Positions 1-9,634 of a stretch of 50,914 nt of DNA are shown one piece after another; position 1 is the stretch's first letter; each line of letters begins with the position of its first letter. Source of the DNA: Thermotogota bacterium (GTDB lineage: Bacteria > Thermotogota > Thermotogae > Petrotogales > Petrotogaceae); NCBI GenBank assembly GCA_051748045.1, contig JBNJGY010000010.1:1-50914 (forward strand), given 5' to 3'. The notes below the pieces were generated by a model. The model was not told the origin of the DNA, made no database searches, and saw only the letters and a program-made list of their open reading frames with translations. The position numbers were made by a program, and so were the translations under genes.

Positions 1-48
1 ATAATTAAAGAATTAAAATGTCATATGATAAACGGAATAAAAAAATAA

Positions 49-86
49 AAAATGGTGGATATATATTTTTATATATCCACCATTTT
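49..86. terminator. Intrinsic terminator hairpin downstream of the alpha/beta hydrolase
   Basis: Perfect 17-bp inverted repeat AAAATGGTGGATATATA-tttt-TATATATCCACCATTTT flanked by A/T runs, 5 bp past the stop at 92. Confidence 0.85.
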
Positions 87-91
87 ATTTA

Positions 92-871
92 TCATAGATA
101 GTCATTAATAATTTTCATAAAGTCTGTTATTCTTTCAAAAAACAATGCATGACCAGTTCCATCAAGTTTAATTAAAGTTGAATTAGGCATTTTATTATGC
201 ATTTCCCACATATGATTATGTGGTGTTATAAAATCTTCTTCTCCAGAAATAAAAAGAACTTCTTTATCAATTGTATGAATTTTGTCTCTTACATCATAAT
301 TTTCATTTGAACAAGCTAATCTATATAGTCCATCAAACCAAGGTTTTGTTAAAGACTCTTTGAACATTTTTCTTCTTTCCATTAACCAATCTAAATTAGA
401 ATCGTAAAAAGGTCTTGAATAAATAAAAGGAAGAGCAAGATCAAAGAAAGTTTCACCGTCATAAGACTTTGCTGCTATTTTCCACACTTCACCAATAGCT
501 TTTAGATAATTATCTATATGATCAGTAGCATTTGGAAGAATCATTTTTTCGACTCTATTTGGGTATTTTATTGCAAATAATAATGCGACTTGTGAACCAT
601 AAGAAACACCTAAAAGAGTAATTTTTTCTATTTGTAAATAGTCTAATAAATACTTTAGATCTTCTACATGAGTTTCAATTGTATATCCTTCTTTTAATCT
701 TGATGATTGACCTTGATCCCTCATGTCATAAGAAATTACTTTATATCCTTCTTTAAATTTCGGTAAATGGTCTTTCCAACTTAAAGCATTCATCATTATT
801 CCATTTAGAAGTATTAATGGTTTACCTTCACCGTGAACTTCATAATATAATCCAATATCATCCAAAAACAC
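92..871 (-). CDS. Alpha/beta fold hydrolase (enol-lactonase/esterase-like)
   Basis: YDMRDQGQS, nucleophile elbow GVSYGS, GEEDFITP acid, GTGH His. Start moved to GTG 871 because GTG 880 lies inside the GAGGTG RBS. Confidence 0.85.
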   Translation of the reverse strand: MFLDDIGLYYEVHGEGKPLILLNGIMMNALSWKDHLPKFKEGYKVISYDMRDQGQSSRLKEGYTIETHVEDLKYLLDYLQIEKITLLGVSYGSQVALLFAIKYPNRVEKMILPNATDHIDNYLKAIGEVWKIAAKSYDGETFFDLALPFIYSRPFYDSNLDWLMERRKMFKESLTKPWFDGLYRLACSNENYDVRDKIHTIDKEVLFISGEEDFITPHNHMWEMHNKMPNSTLIKLDGTGHALFFERITDFMKIINDYL

Positions 872-995
872 ATGAATCACCTCTCAATAAATTCTAATTA
901 TATTATAACATCATTTACAACAAATTTAAAAGATGATTAATTCAAATTATTGGCGATTAAGGTCTTTTTTGGCAGTTAATTATATAAAAACATTG

Positions 996-1049
996 ATTAT
1001 ATGATTTTATGTTAATAACAATACTTGAACGACACTTTATTTTTCATAT
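996..1049 (-). promoter_or_regulatory. Duplicated promoter module, copy 1
   Basis: + strand ATTATA-N18-AATACTTGAACGAC-N7-TTTTCATAT; same layout as 4871..4924. Confidence 0.55.
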
Positions 1050-1061
1050 AAAAAATAAATT

Positions 1062-3083
1062 TTAGGAAATGGAGACTTCTTTTTCTATGTTTATTAAATC
1101 AGTATCTTGTTTAATACTCAAGGAATTAATTTTTATATTTTGTTTTTCAATTTTATTTTTCAAAGAATCCAAGTTTGATTCAAAATACTCAATGTTCTCT
1201 TGCATTTTTATATTCAAATATGCTTCTTTTTCATTTACAAAAATATTTATATCAGTTATTCCAAAAGTTTCAGTAGGAAGGATAAGCCTTATTTTTCCAT
1301 ATGATTTACTAGTTGAAGATTTTTCATTATTAACAATTTCTTCTTTATTAAAAGACAGATAAACAGGTATGCCAAGCATATTAAACATCATATAGCTTGA
1401 ATCACTTAAATTTTTCATAGTTTCCATATTCTGATAAGCGGAGATCGCTTTGCTTATTGTGTTTTGCATAAAAGAGTTGTTTGATGTATTAATTTTATTT
1501 TCTGAGTTTTTCTCATTATTCATAATATCTTTTAGACTTTCTTCAATTTCATTCAAATTATTATGATTAAAAATTAATTTAAAATGAGTATTTTTTAATT
1601 TAAAATCTCCTTCGGAAATTTTTGTATCCAAAATTATCATATTTTTAGTTTTAATATTAGATTTATTATTAGTTATTATATTATTGTTCTTGAGCATTGA
1701 ATCCTGAGTTTTATTGAATGATTTTTTTATTATATTTAGTAGTTCATTTTTATTTTTTATATTATCAGTTTGTAAAAAGAATTTATTTAAGTTTGTCTGT
1801 TCTTTAGTTATATTATTTTTCATAGGGATATCAGATGTTTTATTAAATAAATTTGATTTTATAATTATTTTTGGAGATAAATACGATTTTACAATAGATT
1901 GCTTTTTAATAGGTATATTATTAGTTTGATTTTCTTTAGTTACCAAAGTACTTTTTAAAATGTTAGAAGAATCTTTAGAAAATTTTGGATGATATTTTAA
2001 GAGTAATTTAGAAAAAGAATCTAAAAAACTGTTTTTGTTTTCATTATTTATAAAGAAAAATAGATTTGGTTTTTGTTTATTTTTATCAAAAACAAACTTA
2101 TCTAATAATGAAACAATTTGATTTTTAGTGATTGCGTTATCGTTATTTAATAAACTAACTATTCTGTTCTTTATATCAACATTATTAGTATTTACATCTG
2201 ATTTAGAAATATTATTAGTATTATTCGAAGTCAAATTCTTGTTTTCAAATGTATTGTTAGTTTTATTTAAAAAATGTTTTGTATTATCTACTAAGTTTTT
2301 TGATGAGTTTTCTTTAGCGTTGATTGTGTTATTTTTTAATTCTGTGTTATTTTTATTCAAAATAATTGTTTTATTATTTTTAGCGTTTATTTGTTTTTGT
2401 TTTGGTATATTTTTTTCTTTTATATTTGTATTATTTAATATCAATTTTTTTTGAGTATTTCTAGAATTTATAGTTTCTTTACTTGCATTTTTTTTATTTG
2501 TATTTTTATCTATTAAGTTAAATAATTTTTTTGCAATATTTTTTGCAAGTTGAATTGGATCAGGATTAATTGTTTTGTTTTTTGTAAAATTTTTTGCAAT
2601 GTCTTCTATTATATTCTTCAAGAAAAATTTTATTTTTTCGGGAGATAAAATACTTTTTTTAGAATTATCAATATTATCTGAAATTTTTTTATCTAGAGTA
2701 GTAAAAAAATCACTAAGCCATTTTATGAAAGAAGCTTTTTTAGCATCAGGAATATTTTCTAGATTTATATCAAAAGATAATGTTGTATCATTTATTTTTA
2801 GATTCAAATTGAACATATTATCCAAAATTTGACCTAAAGCTTTAGTCAAAATTTTATTATTGGAGGTGTTTTTAACATCTTCAAATGATAAATTTATTAT
2901 CATACCAGGTTTTAAAGGAATGTCTGATTTATTTTCTAAAAGCAGGACTTTTCCTTTATAATTTACTATTAAAGAATCTTTATTAGCAAAAAGAACTTTT
3001 GCTTTTACTTTGTTATTTCCATTTGTTATTGAATTGTTTTTAGAATTATTTATTAAATTTGAATTAATGTTAAAAAAATCCAC
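1062..3083 (-). CDS. fliK: Flagellar hook-length control protein FliK-like
   Basis: Long N/K-rich low-complexity middle; C-terminal FliK-type domain (IRLILPTETFGITDINIFV...LDSLKNKIEKQNIKINSLSI); sigma28-like promoter upstream. Confidence 0.6.
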   Translation of the reverse strand: MDFFNINSNLINNSKNNSITNGNNKVKAKVLFANKDSLIVNYKGKVLLLENKSDIPLKPGMIINLSFEDVKNTSNNKILTKALGQILDNMFNLNLKINDTTLSFDINLENIPDAKKASFIKWLSDFFTTLDKKISDNIDNSKKSILSPEKIKFFLKNIIEDIAKNFTKNKTINPDPIQLAKNIAKKLFNLIDKNTNKKNASKETINSRNTQKKLILNNTNIKEKNIPKQKQINAKNNKTIILNKNNTELKNNTINAKENSSKNLVDNTKHFLNKTNNTFENKNLTSNNTNNISKSDVNTNNVDIKNRIVSLLNNDNAITKNQIVSLLDKFVFDKNKQKPNLFFFINNENKNSFLDSFSKLLLKYHPKFSKDSSNILKSTLVTKENQTNNIPIKKQSIVKSYLSPKIIIKSNLFNKTSDIPMKNNITKEQTNLNKFFLQTDNIKNKNELLNIIKKSFNKTQDSMLKNNNIITNNKSNIKTKNMIILDTKISEGDFKLKNTHFKLIFNHNNLNEIEESLKDIMNNEKNSENKINTSNNSFMQNTISKAISAYQNMETMKNLSDSSYMMFNMLGIPVYLSFNKEEIVNNEKSSTSKSYGKIRLILPTETFGITDINIFVNEKEAYLNIKMQENIEYFESNLDSLKNKIEKQNIKINSLSIKQDTDLINIEKEVSIS

Positions 3084-3103
3084 ATAATCACCTCACAATA
3101 TTA

Positions 3104-3130
3104 TTATCGGTTATTTATTAAATATATGTA
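3104..3130 (-). promoter_or_regulatory. Putative sigma28 (FliA) promoter
   Basis: Minus strand TACA-N15-ACCGATAA versus consensus TAAA-N15-GCCGATAA, 20 bp upstream of the fliK-like start. Confidence 0.55.
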
Positions 3131-3212
3131 TATATAATATAATTATAAAAAAATATTATTTTATTATATAATATAAATGGAAAATATTTCATCAACAAGG
3201 AGCATTATCAAA

Positions 3213-4055
3213 ATGATAAAACCATATATAAAAGGTATTTATGATAGCCTTTCATTAAAAGAAAAAGAAATTGCAGATTATATAATAAACAATTCTGATA
3301 CAGTTATTAATTCAACTATTTCAGAATTAGCAAAGAACGTAGGAATAAGTGACTCTACAGTTTACAGGTTTATAAGGAAATTAGGTTTTATTGGATACCA
3401 TGATTTTAAGATAAAACTTACACAAGAACTATCTTCAAAAAAGAAAAAAAGAAATATGGATAAAAAAATACCTGATTATGCAAAAAAAATTGTAAATAAA
3501 AATATTAGTTTAATTGACGAGTCACTTAATCTTTTGAATTATGATGATCTACAAAGAGTAATTAATGAGATTTATGAAACTGAAAGAGTATTTTTTATTG
3601 GTGTAGGTAGTTCTTCTTTTGTTTGTGAATATGCAGCAAAAAAATTGAATGTATTAGGTAAACATTCAATTTTTTATAATGATACTCACACTATGAATTC
3701 ACTGATACCAACTTTAAATTCTAATGACCTTATTATTGTTATTTCTCACACAGGAGTTACTGAGGATGTAATAATATTGACTGATGCAATTAGAGAGTAT
3801 TCTAGGAATATTGTTTCAATAACTTCTGGTATTGAATCACAACTGGCAAAGCAAAGTAAAATAGTTCTCACTACAGCATATGCAAAAGATACATCAAAGA
3901 TAGAATTTTTGAGTTCACGCATTAGTGAGTTTATTGTTGTGGAAATTATTATAAATGGTTATTATGAAAAATTAGAAAGAGATAACCCTTTGTATTTAAA
4001 AAATTTATTAAGTAAAATTGATGCTCAAAGATTATCAGAAAAAGGGATAAGATGA
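3213..4055 (+). CDS. RpiR/MurR family transcriptional regulator (HTH + SIS)
   Basis: LSLKEKEIADYI...TISELAKNVGISDSTVYRFIRKLGFIGYHDFK; SIS motifs GVGSS and ISHTG; ATG 3213 follows AAGGAG. Confidence 0.9.
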   Translation: MIKPYIKGIYDSLSLKEKEIADYIINNSDTVINSTISELAKNVGISDSTVYRFIRKLGFIGYHDFKIKLTQELSSKKKKRNMDKKIPDYAKKIVNKNISLIDESLNLLNYDDLQRVINEIYETERVFFIGVGSSSFVCEYAAKKLNVLGKHSIFYNDTHTMNSLIPTLNSNDLIIVISHTGVTEDVIILTDAIREYSRNIVSITSGIESQLAKQSKIVLTTAYAKDTSKIEFLSSRISEFIVVEIIINGYYEKLERDNPLYLKNLLSKIDAQRLSEKGIR

Positions 4056-4547
4056 TTATTCCTTATCAAACAAACCAACTTTTAAAGAATTTTTAATGCT
4101 TTTATATCTCTTAACCTTTGATTCTACTATTTTATCAGAAGTTAAGAGTTTTTTCTTTATCATTAAATATCTAACTTTTTCAGGTTCAGTAAAAAACCAA
4201 TTTCCTGAACTAGAAAATTCAGGAATATTTACTTGGAATTTTGTCCCTATAACTGCCTTTGATTCTAATTTAATTAATCCATTAAGTTTTTTAAAGTAAG
4301 AAATTGCATTATGTGTTCTTCCAACAGATAGATTTAAATTTCTTGCAATTTCTCTTACAGATGTATACATTACAGTATAATTTTTTCCAGTTCCATAGCT
4401 TAAATTATATAAATATAAGTATACTTTAGCAAAAGAACTAGGGGTTAACTGAAGAATATACATAAGTACTTTTTCAGGTATTTGAATAAAAGGTCTAACG
4501 GGTCTAAACTCATAAGAATTTATATTTTTATCTTTATGCTCACTCAT
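4056..4547 (-). CDS. Hypothetical winged helix-turn-helix DNA-binding protein
   Basis: KVYLYLY...YTSVREIARNLNLSVGRTHNAISYFKKLNGLI wHTH pattern; overlaps the upstream ORF by 8 bp. Confidence 0.6.
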   Translation of the reverse strand: MSEHKDKNINSYEFRPVRPFIQIPEKVLMYILQLTPSSFAKVYLYLYNLSYGTGKNYTVMYTSVREIARNLNLSVGRTHNAISYFKKLNGLIKLESKAVIGTKFQVNIPEFSSSGNWFFTEPEKVRYLMIKKKLLTSDKIVESKVKRYKSIKNSLKVGLFDKE

Positions 4548-4851
4548 TTTCCCATTCTTCCTTCGTTATAGCTTTACCACCAATTAACTCGTAATTTTCT
4601 AATCTATAATTTTCATCAAAATTTGCTGATAAATTTATTTTATCATAACATTTACTGCCTATAAATTCTTTATTAATAACATATCCGCCTTTTTCGTAAT
4701 CTCTAGAAAAATCATACCCTCTTCTTAAATGTGTTCTAAATTTTTCTCCACAATTATTGCATTTAAAATATAATACAATATTTTTCCCTTCGTTATAAAA
4801 ATCACCATTTTTACTAATCTTATTTTTTATATTTTTTAAAAAATTGAACAT
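4540..4851 (-). CDS. Small hypothetical protein with CxxC motif (possible Zn ribbon)
   Basis: FKCNNCGEKF and GSKC; ATG 4851 follows GGGAGGTG RBS. Confidence 0.7.
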   Translation of the reverse strand: MFNFLKNIKNKISKNGDFYNEGKNIVLYFKCNNCGEKFRTHLRRGYDFSRDYEKGGYVINKEFIGSKCYDKINLSANFDENYRLENYELIGGKAITKEEWENE

Positions 4852-4870
4852 AGCAACACCTCCCAAAACA

Positions 4871-4924
4871 ATTATATCATTTTTTATTATATATAATACT
4901 TGAACGACTATAAAATTTTCATAT
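4871..4924 (-). promoter_or_regulatory. Duplicated promoter module, copy 2
   Basis: + strand ATTATA-N18-AATACTTGAACGAC-N7-TTTTCATAT; extended -10 TGATATAAT on the minus strand. Confidence 0.55.
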
Positions 4925-4982
4925 TAACAAAAAATTTATTAAAAAATGTGCCAGTCATGTATAATTTAAATGAGGTGATAAC

Positions 4983-7103
4983 ATGAAAAAACTAAAAATT
5001 GAAAATGGAGAACCAATTTTTGGTCCAAAATATATGGATGGAGGAATTAATTTTGGTCTTTTTTCTAGGAATGCAAGTACAGTTACTTTGGAATTATATG
5101 AGAATTTCTATGATGAAAAACCTTTTTTTAGTTATGATTTAGATGAAGAAAATAATAAAACAGGTGATATTTGGCATTTATTTATAAAAGATATAAAAGA
5201 TAGAACTTATTATGGCTGGAGAGTAGATGGAAAGTATAATCCTGAAAATGGTAAAAAATTTAATAAAAATAAGTTATTAATTGATCCTTATTCAATTGCT
5301 GTATCTGGAACATATGATTTTAGTGAAGAATATATTTATGGCTATGATAAAACATCAGATAATGACTTAACTTTTTCTAAAGATGATTCAGCAGCATGTT
5401 CTTGTAAAAGCATAATAATTGATGATAAAAATTACAATTGGGAAGGCATTAAAAACCCAAGAATTAAATTTAATGATACTATTATTTATGAAATGCATGT
5501 AAGACTATTTACAATGAATCCTAATTCTGGTGTAGAAAATAGGGGGACATTTAATGGTCTTATTGAAAAATTAGATTATTTAAAAGATTTGGGAGTAACT
5601 TCTTTAGAGTTAATGCCAATTTTTGAATTTAATCCTGATTCTAATACAAATATAAATCCTAAAACAGGAGAAAAATTAAAAGATGTTTGGGGATACAATC
5701 CTTTAAATTTTTTCGCTGTAACAGGAAATTATACTACTGGACTGAGACTTGGGGAACAAGTTTTTGAGTTCAAAAATTTTGTCAAAGAAGTTCATAAAAG
5801 AGGAATGGAAGTTATACTTGATGTTGTATATAATCATACTGGTGAAGGAAATCATTTTGGACCAACAATTTCTTTTAGAGGAATTGATAATGAAATTTAT
5901 TATATATTAGATAATGACAGAAGATATTATGCAAACTATTCTGGAACTGGTAATACTCTCAACTGTTCTCATACTGTAGTAAAAGAAATGATAACTGATT
6001 CTTTAAGATATTGGGTAAAAGATATGAAAGTAGATGGGTTTAGATTTGATCTAGCTGCAATTTTAGGTAGAGATACAAATGGAAATTGGATTGGAGATTT
6101 ATCTCTTTTAAAAGATATAGCTGATGATCCAATAATTTCCGGTTCAAAATTAATTGCAGAAGGTTGGGATGCAGCAGGTGGATATTATGTTGGAGAGTTT
6201 CCTACAGGTTGGGCAGAATGGAACGGAAAGTATAGAGATACATTAAGAAAATTTATTCGTGGTGATAAAGGACAAGTCGCTGATTTAGCTACAAGAATCG
6301 CTGGAAGTCCTGACTTATTTAAAAAAGATGGTAGAAATCCTACTAACAGCGTTAATTTTATTACAGCACATGATGGCTTTACTATGTGGGATTTAGTTTC
6401 TTATAATAGAAAACATAATTTTTTAAATGGAGAAAATAATAGAGATGGAACTGATGCTAATTTTTCGTTTAATCATGGTATAGAAGGAGAAACTACTGAT
6501 CAAGATATATTAGGCTTGAGAAAAAAACAAATCAAAAATTTTATGGTTATTTTAATGACCTCACAAGGTACACCTATGATTTTAATGGGAGATGAAATTT
6601 TAAGATCACAAAATGGAAATAACAATGCATATTGTCATGATAATGAACTAACGTGGATAGATTGGTCCTTAAAAAGAAAAAACTCTGATATATTAAAATT
6701 CTTTAAAAAGATTATAAAGTTTAGAAAAGATCATGTTTGTTTAAGAAGAGAGCATTTTTTTACTGGACAGGATTATACTGGTGATGGTATAGCAGATGTT
6801 ACTTGGCATGGAATAAAGCCTTATCAGCCAGATTTTGGCAATGATTCTCATACTTTAGCTTATATGATAAGTGGAGAGGATTATTTTGATGAAGATCATC
6901 TTATTGATAATGATGTTTATGTAGCTTTAAATTCTTATACCAAACCTTTAGAATTTGAATTACCACGCCTTAAAAATAAATCATGGTATTTAGTGGTAGA
7001 TACATCAAAAAATTCACCATATGATATCCTTGATATACCAGAGAAAGTTGATATAAAATATACATTAGATGCAAAAAGTTCTATAATATTAATTAGCAAA
7101 TAA
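4983..7103 (+). CDS. glgX: Glycogen debranching enzyme / isoamylase (GH13)
   Basis: IIYEMHVR, WGYNP, DVVYNHTGEG, DGFRFDLA, AEGWD, NFITAHDGFT, NNNAYCHDN. Confidence 0.95.
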   Translation: MKKLKIENGEPIFGPKYMDGGINFGLFSRNASTVTLELYENFYDEKPFFSYDLDEENNKTGDIWHLFIKDIKDRTYYGWRVDGKYNPENGKKFNKNKLLIDPYSIAVSGTYDFSEEYIYGYDKTSDNDLTFSKDDSAACSCKSIIIDDKNYNWEGIKNPRIKFNDTIIYEMHVRLFTMNPNSGVENRGTFNGLIEKLDYLKDLGVTSLELMPIFEFNPDSNTNINPKTGEKLKDVWGYNPLNFFAVTGNYTTGLRLGEQVFEFKNFVKEVHKRGMEVILDVVYNHTGEGNHFGPTISFRGIDNEIYYILDNDRRYYANYSGTGNTLNCSHTVVKEMITDSLRYWVKDMKVDGFRFDLAAILGRDTNGNWIGDLSLLKDIADDPIISGSKLIAEGWDAAGGYYVGEFPTGWAEWNGKYRDTLRKFIRGDKGQVADLATRIAGSPDLFKKDGRNPTNSVNFITAHDGFTMWDLVSYNRKHNFLNGENNRDGTDANFSFNHGIEGETTDQDILGLRKKQIKNFMVILMTSQGTPMILMGDEILRSQNGNNNAYCHDNELTWIDWSLKRKNSDILKFFKKIIKFRKDHVCLRREHFFTGQDYTGDGIADVTWHGIKPYQPDFGNDSHTLAYMISGEDYFDEDHLIDNDVYVALNSYTKPLEFELPRLKNKSWYLVVDTSKNSPYDILDIPEKVDIKYTLDAKSSIILISK

Positions 7104-7126
7104 ATTTATGAAAGCGAGGGATATGT

Positions 7127-8797
7127 TTGAAAACAGATATAGAAATAGCGAGAGAAGCAAAATTAGAAAAAATTGACAAAATTGCCGAACAACTTAATAT
7201 TCCAGAGGAATATCTTTACCCATATGGAAAGTATATAGGGAAGATATCTTCTAGTTATTATGAGAAAATAAAGAAAAACAAAGATGGGAATTTAATTTTA
7301 GTTACAGCTATTACACCCACTCCAGCAGGAGAAGGAAAAACTACTACATCTATAGGTTTAACAATGGGATTAAATAAAATTGGTAAAAATTCAATAGTAG
7401 CTCTTCGAGAACCATCCTTAGGCCCTGTTATGGGTATTAAAGGTGGCGCTGCTGGTGGTGGTTATTCTCAAGTTTTACCAATGGAAGATATTAATTTACA
7501 TTTTACAGGAGATATTCACGCTATAACAACAGCTCATAATTTAGTTAGTGCAGTTATTGATTCTCATATTAAATTTAAAAATGATTTAAATATTGACCCA
7601 ACTCAAGTCTTTTGGAAAAGAGCTCTAGATATGAATGATAGAGCATTAAGAAATATTGTTGTGGGCCTTGGTGGAAAAGCCAATGGATTATCAAGAGAAG
7701 ATGGTTTTATTATTACTGCAGCATCAGAAATAATGGCTGTTTTATGTTTATCAGAAAGCATAGAGGATTTAAAGAAAAAATTATCTAGAATAGTGATCGC
7801 TAGGAATAATGATAGAAAACCTGTTACTATAGGAGATTTAAAAATTCAAGGTGCTTTAGCAATGGTCCTAAAAGATGCTCTTAATCCAAATTTAGTTCAA
7901 ACAATAGATGGTACACCAGCATTTATTCATGGTGGACCATTCGCTAATATAGCTCATGGTACAAACTCAATCATAGCAACAAAAATGGCAATTAAAATGT
8001 CTGATTATGTCGTTACAGAGGCAGGCTTTGGTTCTGACTTAGGAGCTGAAAAATTTTTAGATTTCGTTAGTCCTAACTACGATTTGAATCCAAAAACTGT
8101 GGTTTTAGTAGCAACTGTTAGAGCTTTAAAATATCATGGTGGAATGTCTTTAAAAGAATTAAAAAATGAAAATATTAATTATCTTAGAAAAGGGTTAGAA
8201 AATTTAAGAGTTCATATAGAAAATATGAGAAAATACAATGTCCCTGTAGTAGTAGCTATAAATAAATTTGATACTGACTCTTATGATGAGATCAAAATGA
8301 TTAAAGATTTTTCTGAAGATATGGATGTTGAAGTTAGTATAAATGAAGCATTTATCGAAGGATCTAAAGGTGCTATAGATTTAGCTGAAAAAGTAGTGAA
8401 AACTGTAGATTCTTTTGATGGAAAGTTTAAGCCTTTATATAACCCAGAAGATGATATAGAAGAAAAAATTGAGAAAATAGCTACTAAAATATATAGAGCT
8501 GGTAATGTAGAATTTACACTTCAAGCAAAAAAAATGATTAAATTCTTTGAAAAATATGGATTTGACCATTTACCAATTATAATAGCTAAAACTCAGTCTT
8601 CAATATCTGATGATAAAAAGAAATTAGGAGCTCCAAGTGGATATGAATTTACTATAAGAGATTTTGAACTATCTGCTGGAGCAGGTTTTATAGTTGCTTT
8701 ATCTGGTGAGATAATGAGAATGCCAGGGTTATCAAAAATACCTAATGCTGTTAATTTAGATATAGATAATGATGGAAACATAGAAGGATTATCTTAA
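7127..8797 (+). CDS. fhs: Formate--tetrahydrofolate ligase
   Basis: [54 protein letters not shown]. Confidence 0.97.
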   Translation: MKTDIEIAREAKLEKIDKIAEQLNIPEEYLYPYGKYIGKISSSYYEKIKKNKDGNLILVTAITPTPAGEGKTTTSIGLTMGLNKIGKNSIVALREPSLGPVMGIKGGAAGGGYSQVLPMEDINLHFTGDIHAITTAHNLVSAVIDSHIKFKNDLNIDPTQVFWKRALDMNDRALRNIVVGLGGKANGLSREDGFIITAASEIMAVLCLSESIEDLKKKLSRIVIARNNDRKPVTIGDLKIQGALAMVLKDALNPNLVQTIDGTPAFIHGGPFANIAHGTNSIIATKMAIKMSDYVVTEAGFGSDLGAEKFLDFVSPNYDLNPKTVVLVATVRALKYHGGMSLKELKNENINYLRKGLENLRVHIENMRKYNVPVVVAINKFDTDSYDEIKMIKDFSEDMDVEVSINEAFIEGSKGAIDLAEKVVKTVDSFDGKFKPLYNPEDDIEEKIEKIATKIYRAGNVEFTLQAKKMIKFFEKYGFDHLPIIIAKTQSSISDDKKKLGAPSGYEFTIRDFELSAGAGFIVALSGEIMRMPGLSKIPNAVNLDIDNDGNIEGLS

Positions 8798-8823
8798 AAT
8801 TATAATTTTCCGGGGTGAAATGA

Positions 8824-9633
8824 ATGATAATTAAAGTTGATAAAACAATTAAGGATATTGAAAATGAAATAGACTACCTGAAAAGTAAAACTGAAAGGCC
8901 AAAACTTCTTAGCCTAACTACTAAATTAAATGGTTCAATAAAAGCGTATTTACATTCTCAAGCTGAAATTGCAGAAAAATATGGTATTGATTTTGAATAC
9001 ATTAAAACAGATAATTTGTACGATGATATTAAAAAGTATAATAAAGACGTTTCTGTAGATGCACTTTTTATAGCAAGACCTTTAAAGAAAGAATATGATG
9101 AAAAACAAGTAGCCAAATTAATCAATCCTCAAAAAGACATAGAAGGAATTAGTTATCATAATATAGCTGCTATGTTTTATGAGGATGAATATTTTATACC
9201 TTGTACAGCAGAATCAGCTGTAAAGATACTTGAAGATAATATGGATTTAACTGGTAAAAATATTGCTGTTTTGGGACGTTCTTATACTGTTGGAAAACCA
9301 ATATCGATTTTACTTCAAAAAAAAGGAAGAGACGCAACTTTAACTTTAATTAATTCTAAAACAAAAGATCAAAATGAAATTACAAAAAACTCAGACGCCA
9401 TAATAATCGCTATAGGTTATGCTGAATACTTGAACGAGGATTATGTGTCAAAGGATCAAATTGTAATTGATGTTGGAATTAATGTTAAAAATGGTAAATT
9501 AGTAGGAGATGCTAAAAGATCAATATCCAAAATCTGTGATATTACGCCTGTTCCTGGAGGTGTAGGAAGCGTTACATCTACAATTTTGATGAGAAATGTG
9601 TATAGAGCTAAAATATTAAACAGGGGGTTCTAA
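8824..9633 (+). CDS. folD: Methylene-THF dehydrogenase (FolD family)
   Basis: KDIEG, PCTAE, GRSYTVGKP, IDVGIN, TPVPGGVG; adjacent to fhs. Confidence 0.92.
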   Translation: MIIKVDKTIKDIENEIDYLKSKTERPKLLSLTTKLNGSIKAYLHSQAEIAEKYGIDFEYIKTDNLYDDIKKYNKDVSVDALFIARPLKKEYDEKQVAKLINPQKDIEGISYHNIAAMFYEDEYFIPCTAESAVKILEDNMDLTGKNIAVLGRSYTVGKPISILLQKKGRDATLTLINSKTKDQNEITKNSDAIIIAIGYAEYLNEDYVSKDQIVIDVGINVKNGKLVGDAKRSISKICDITPVPGGVGSVTSTILMRNVYRAKILNRGF

Positions 9634-9634
9634 A

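Noticed and set aside
990-1017. Canonical dif-like site (TTATGTTAATA resembles the XerD arm)
   Set aside because: The left arm lacks the inner ATAA symmetry; likely chance in AT-rich DNA.
1069-2832. Hydrophobic + strand ORFs (1069, 1714, 2128, 2575)
   Set aside because: Antisense shadows of the N/K-rich fliK-like gene, without RBSs.
4938-4953. sigma54 promoter (TGGCAC on the minus strand)
   Set aside because: The -12 element reads TTAAT, not TTGC.
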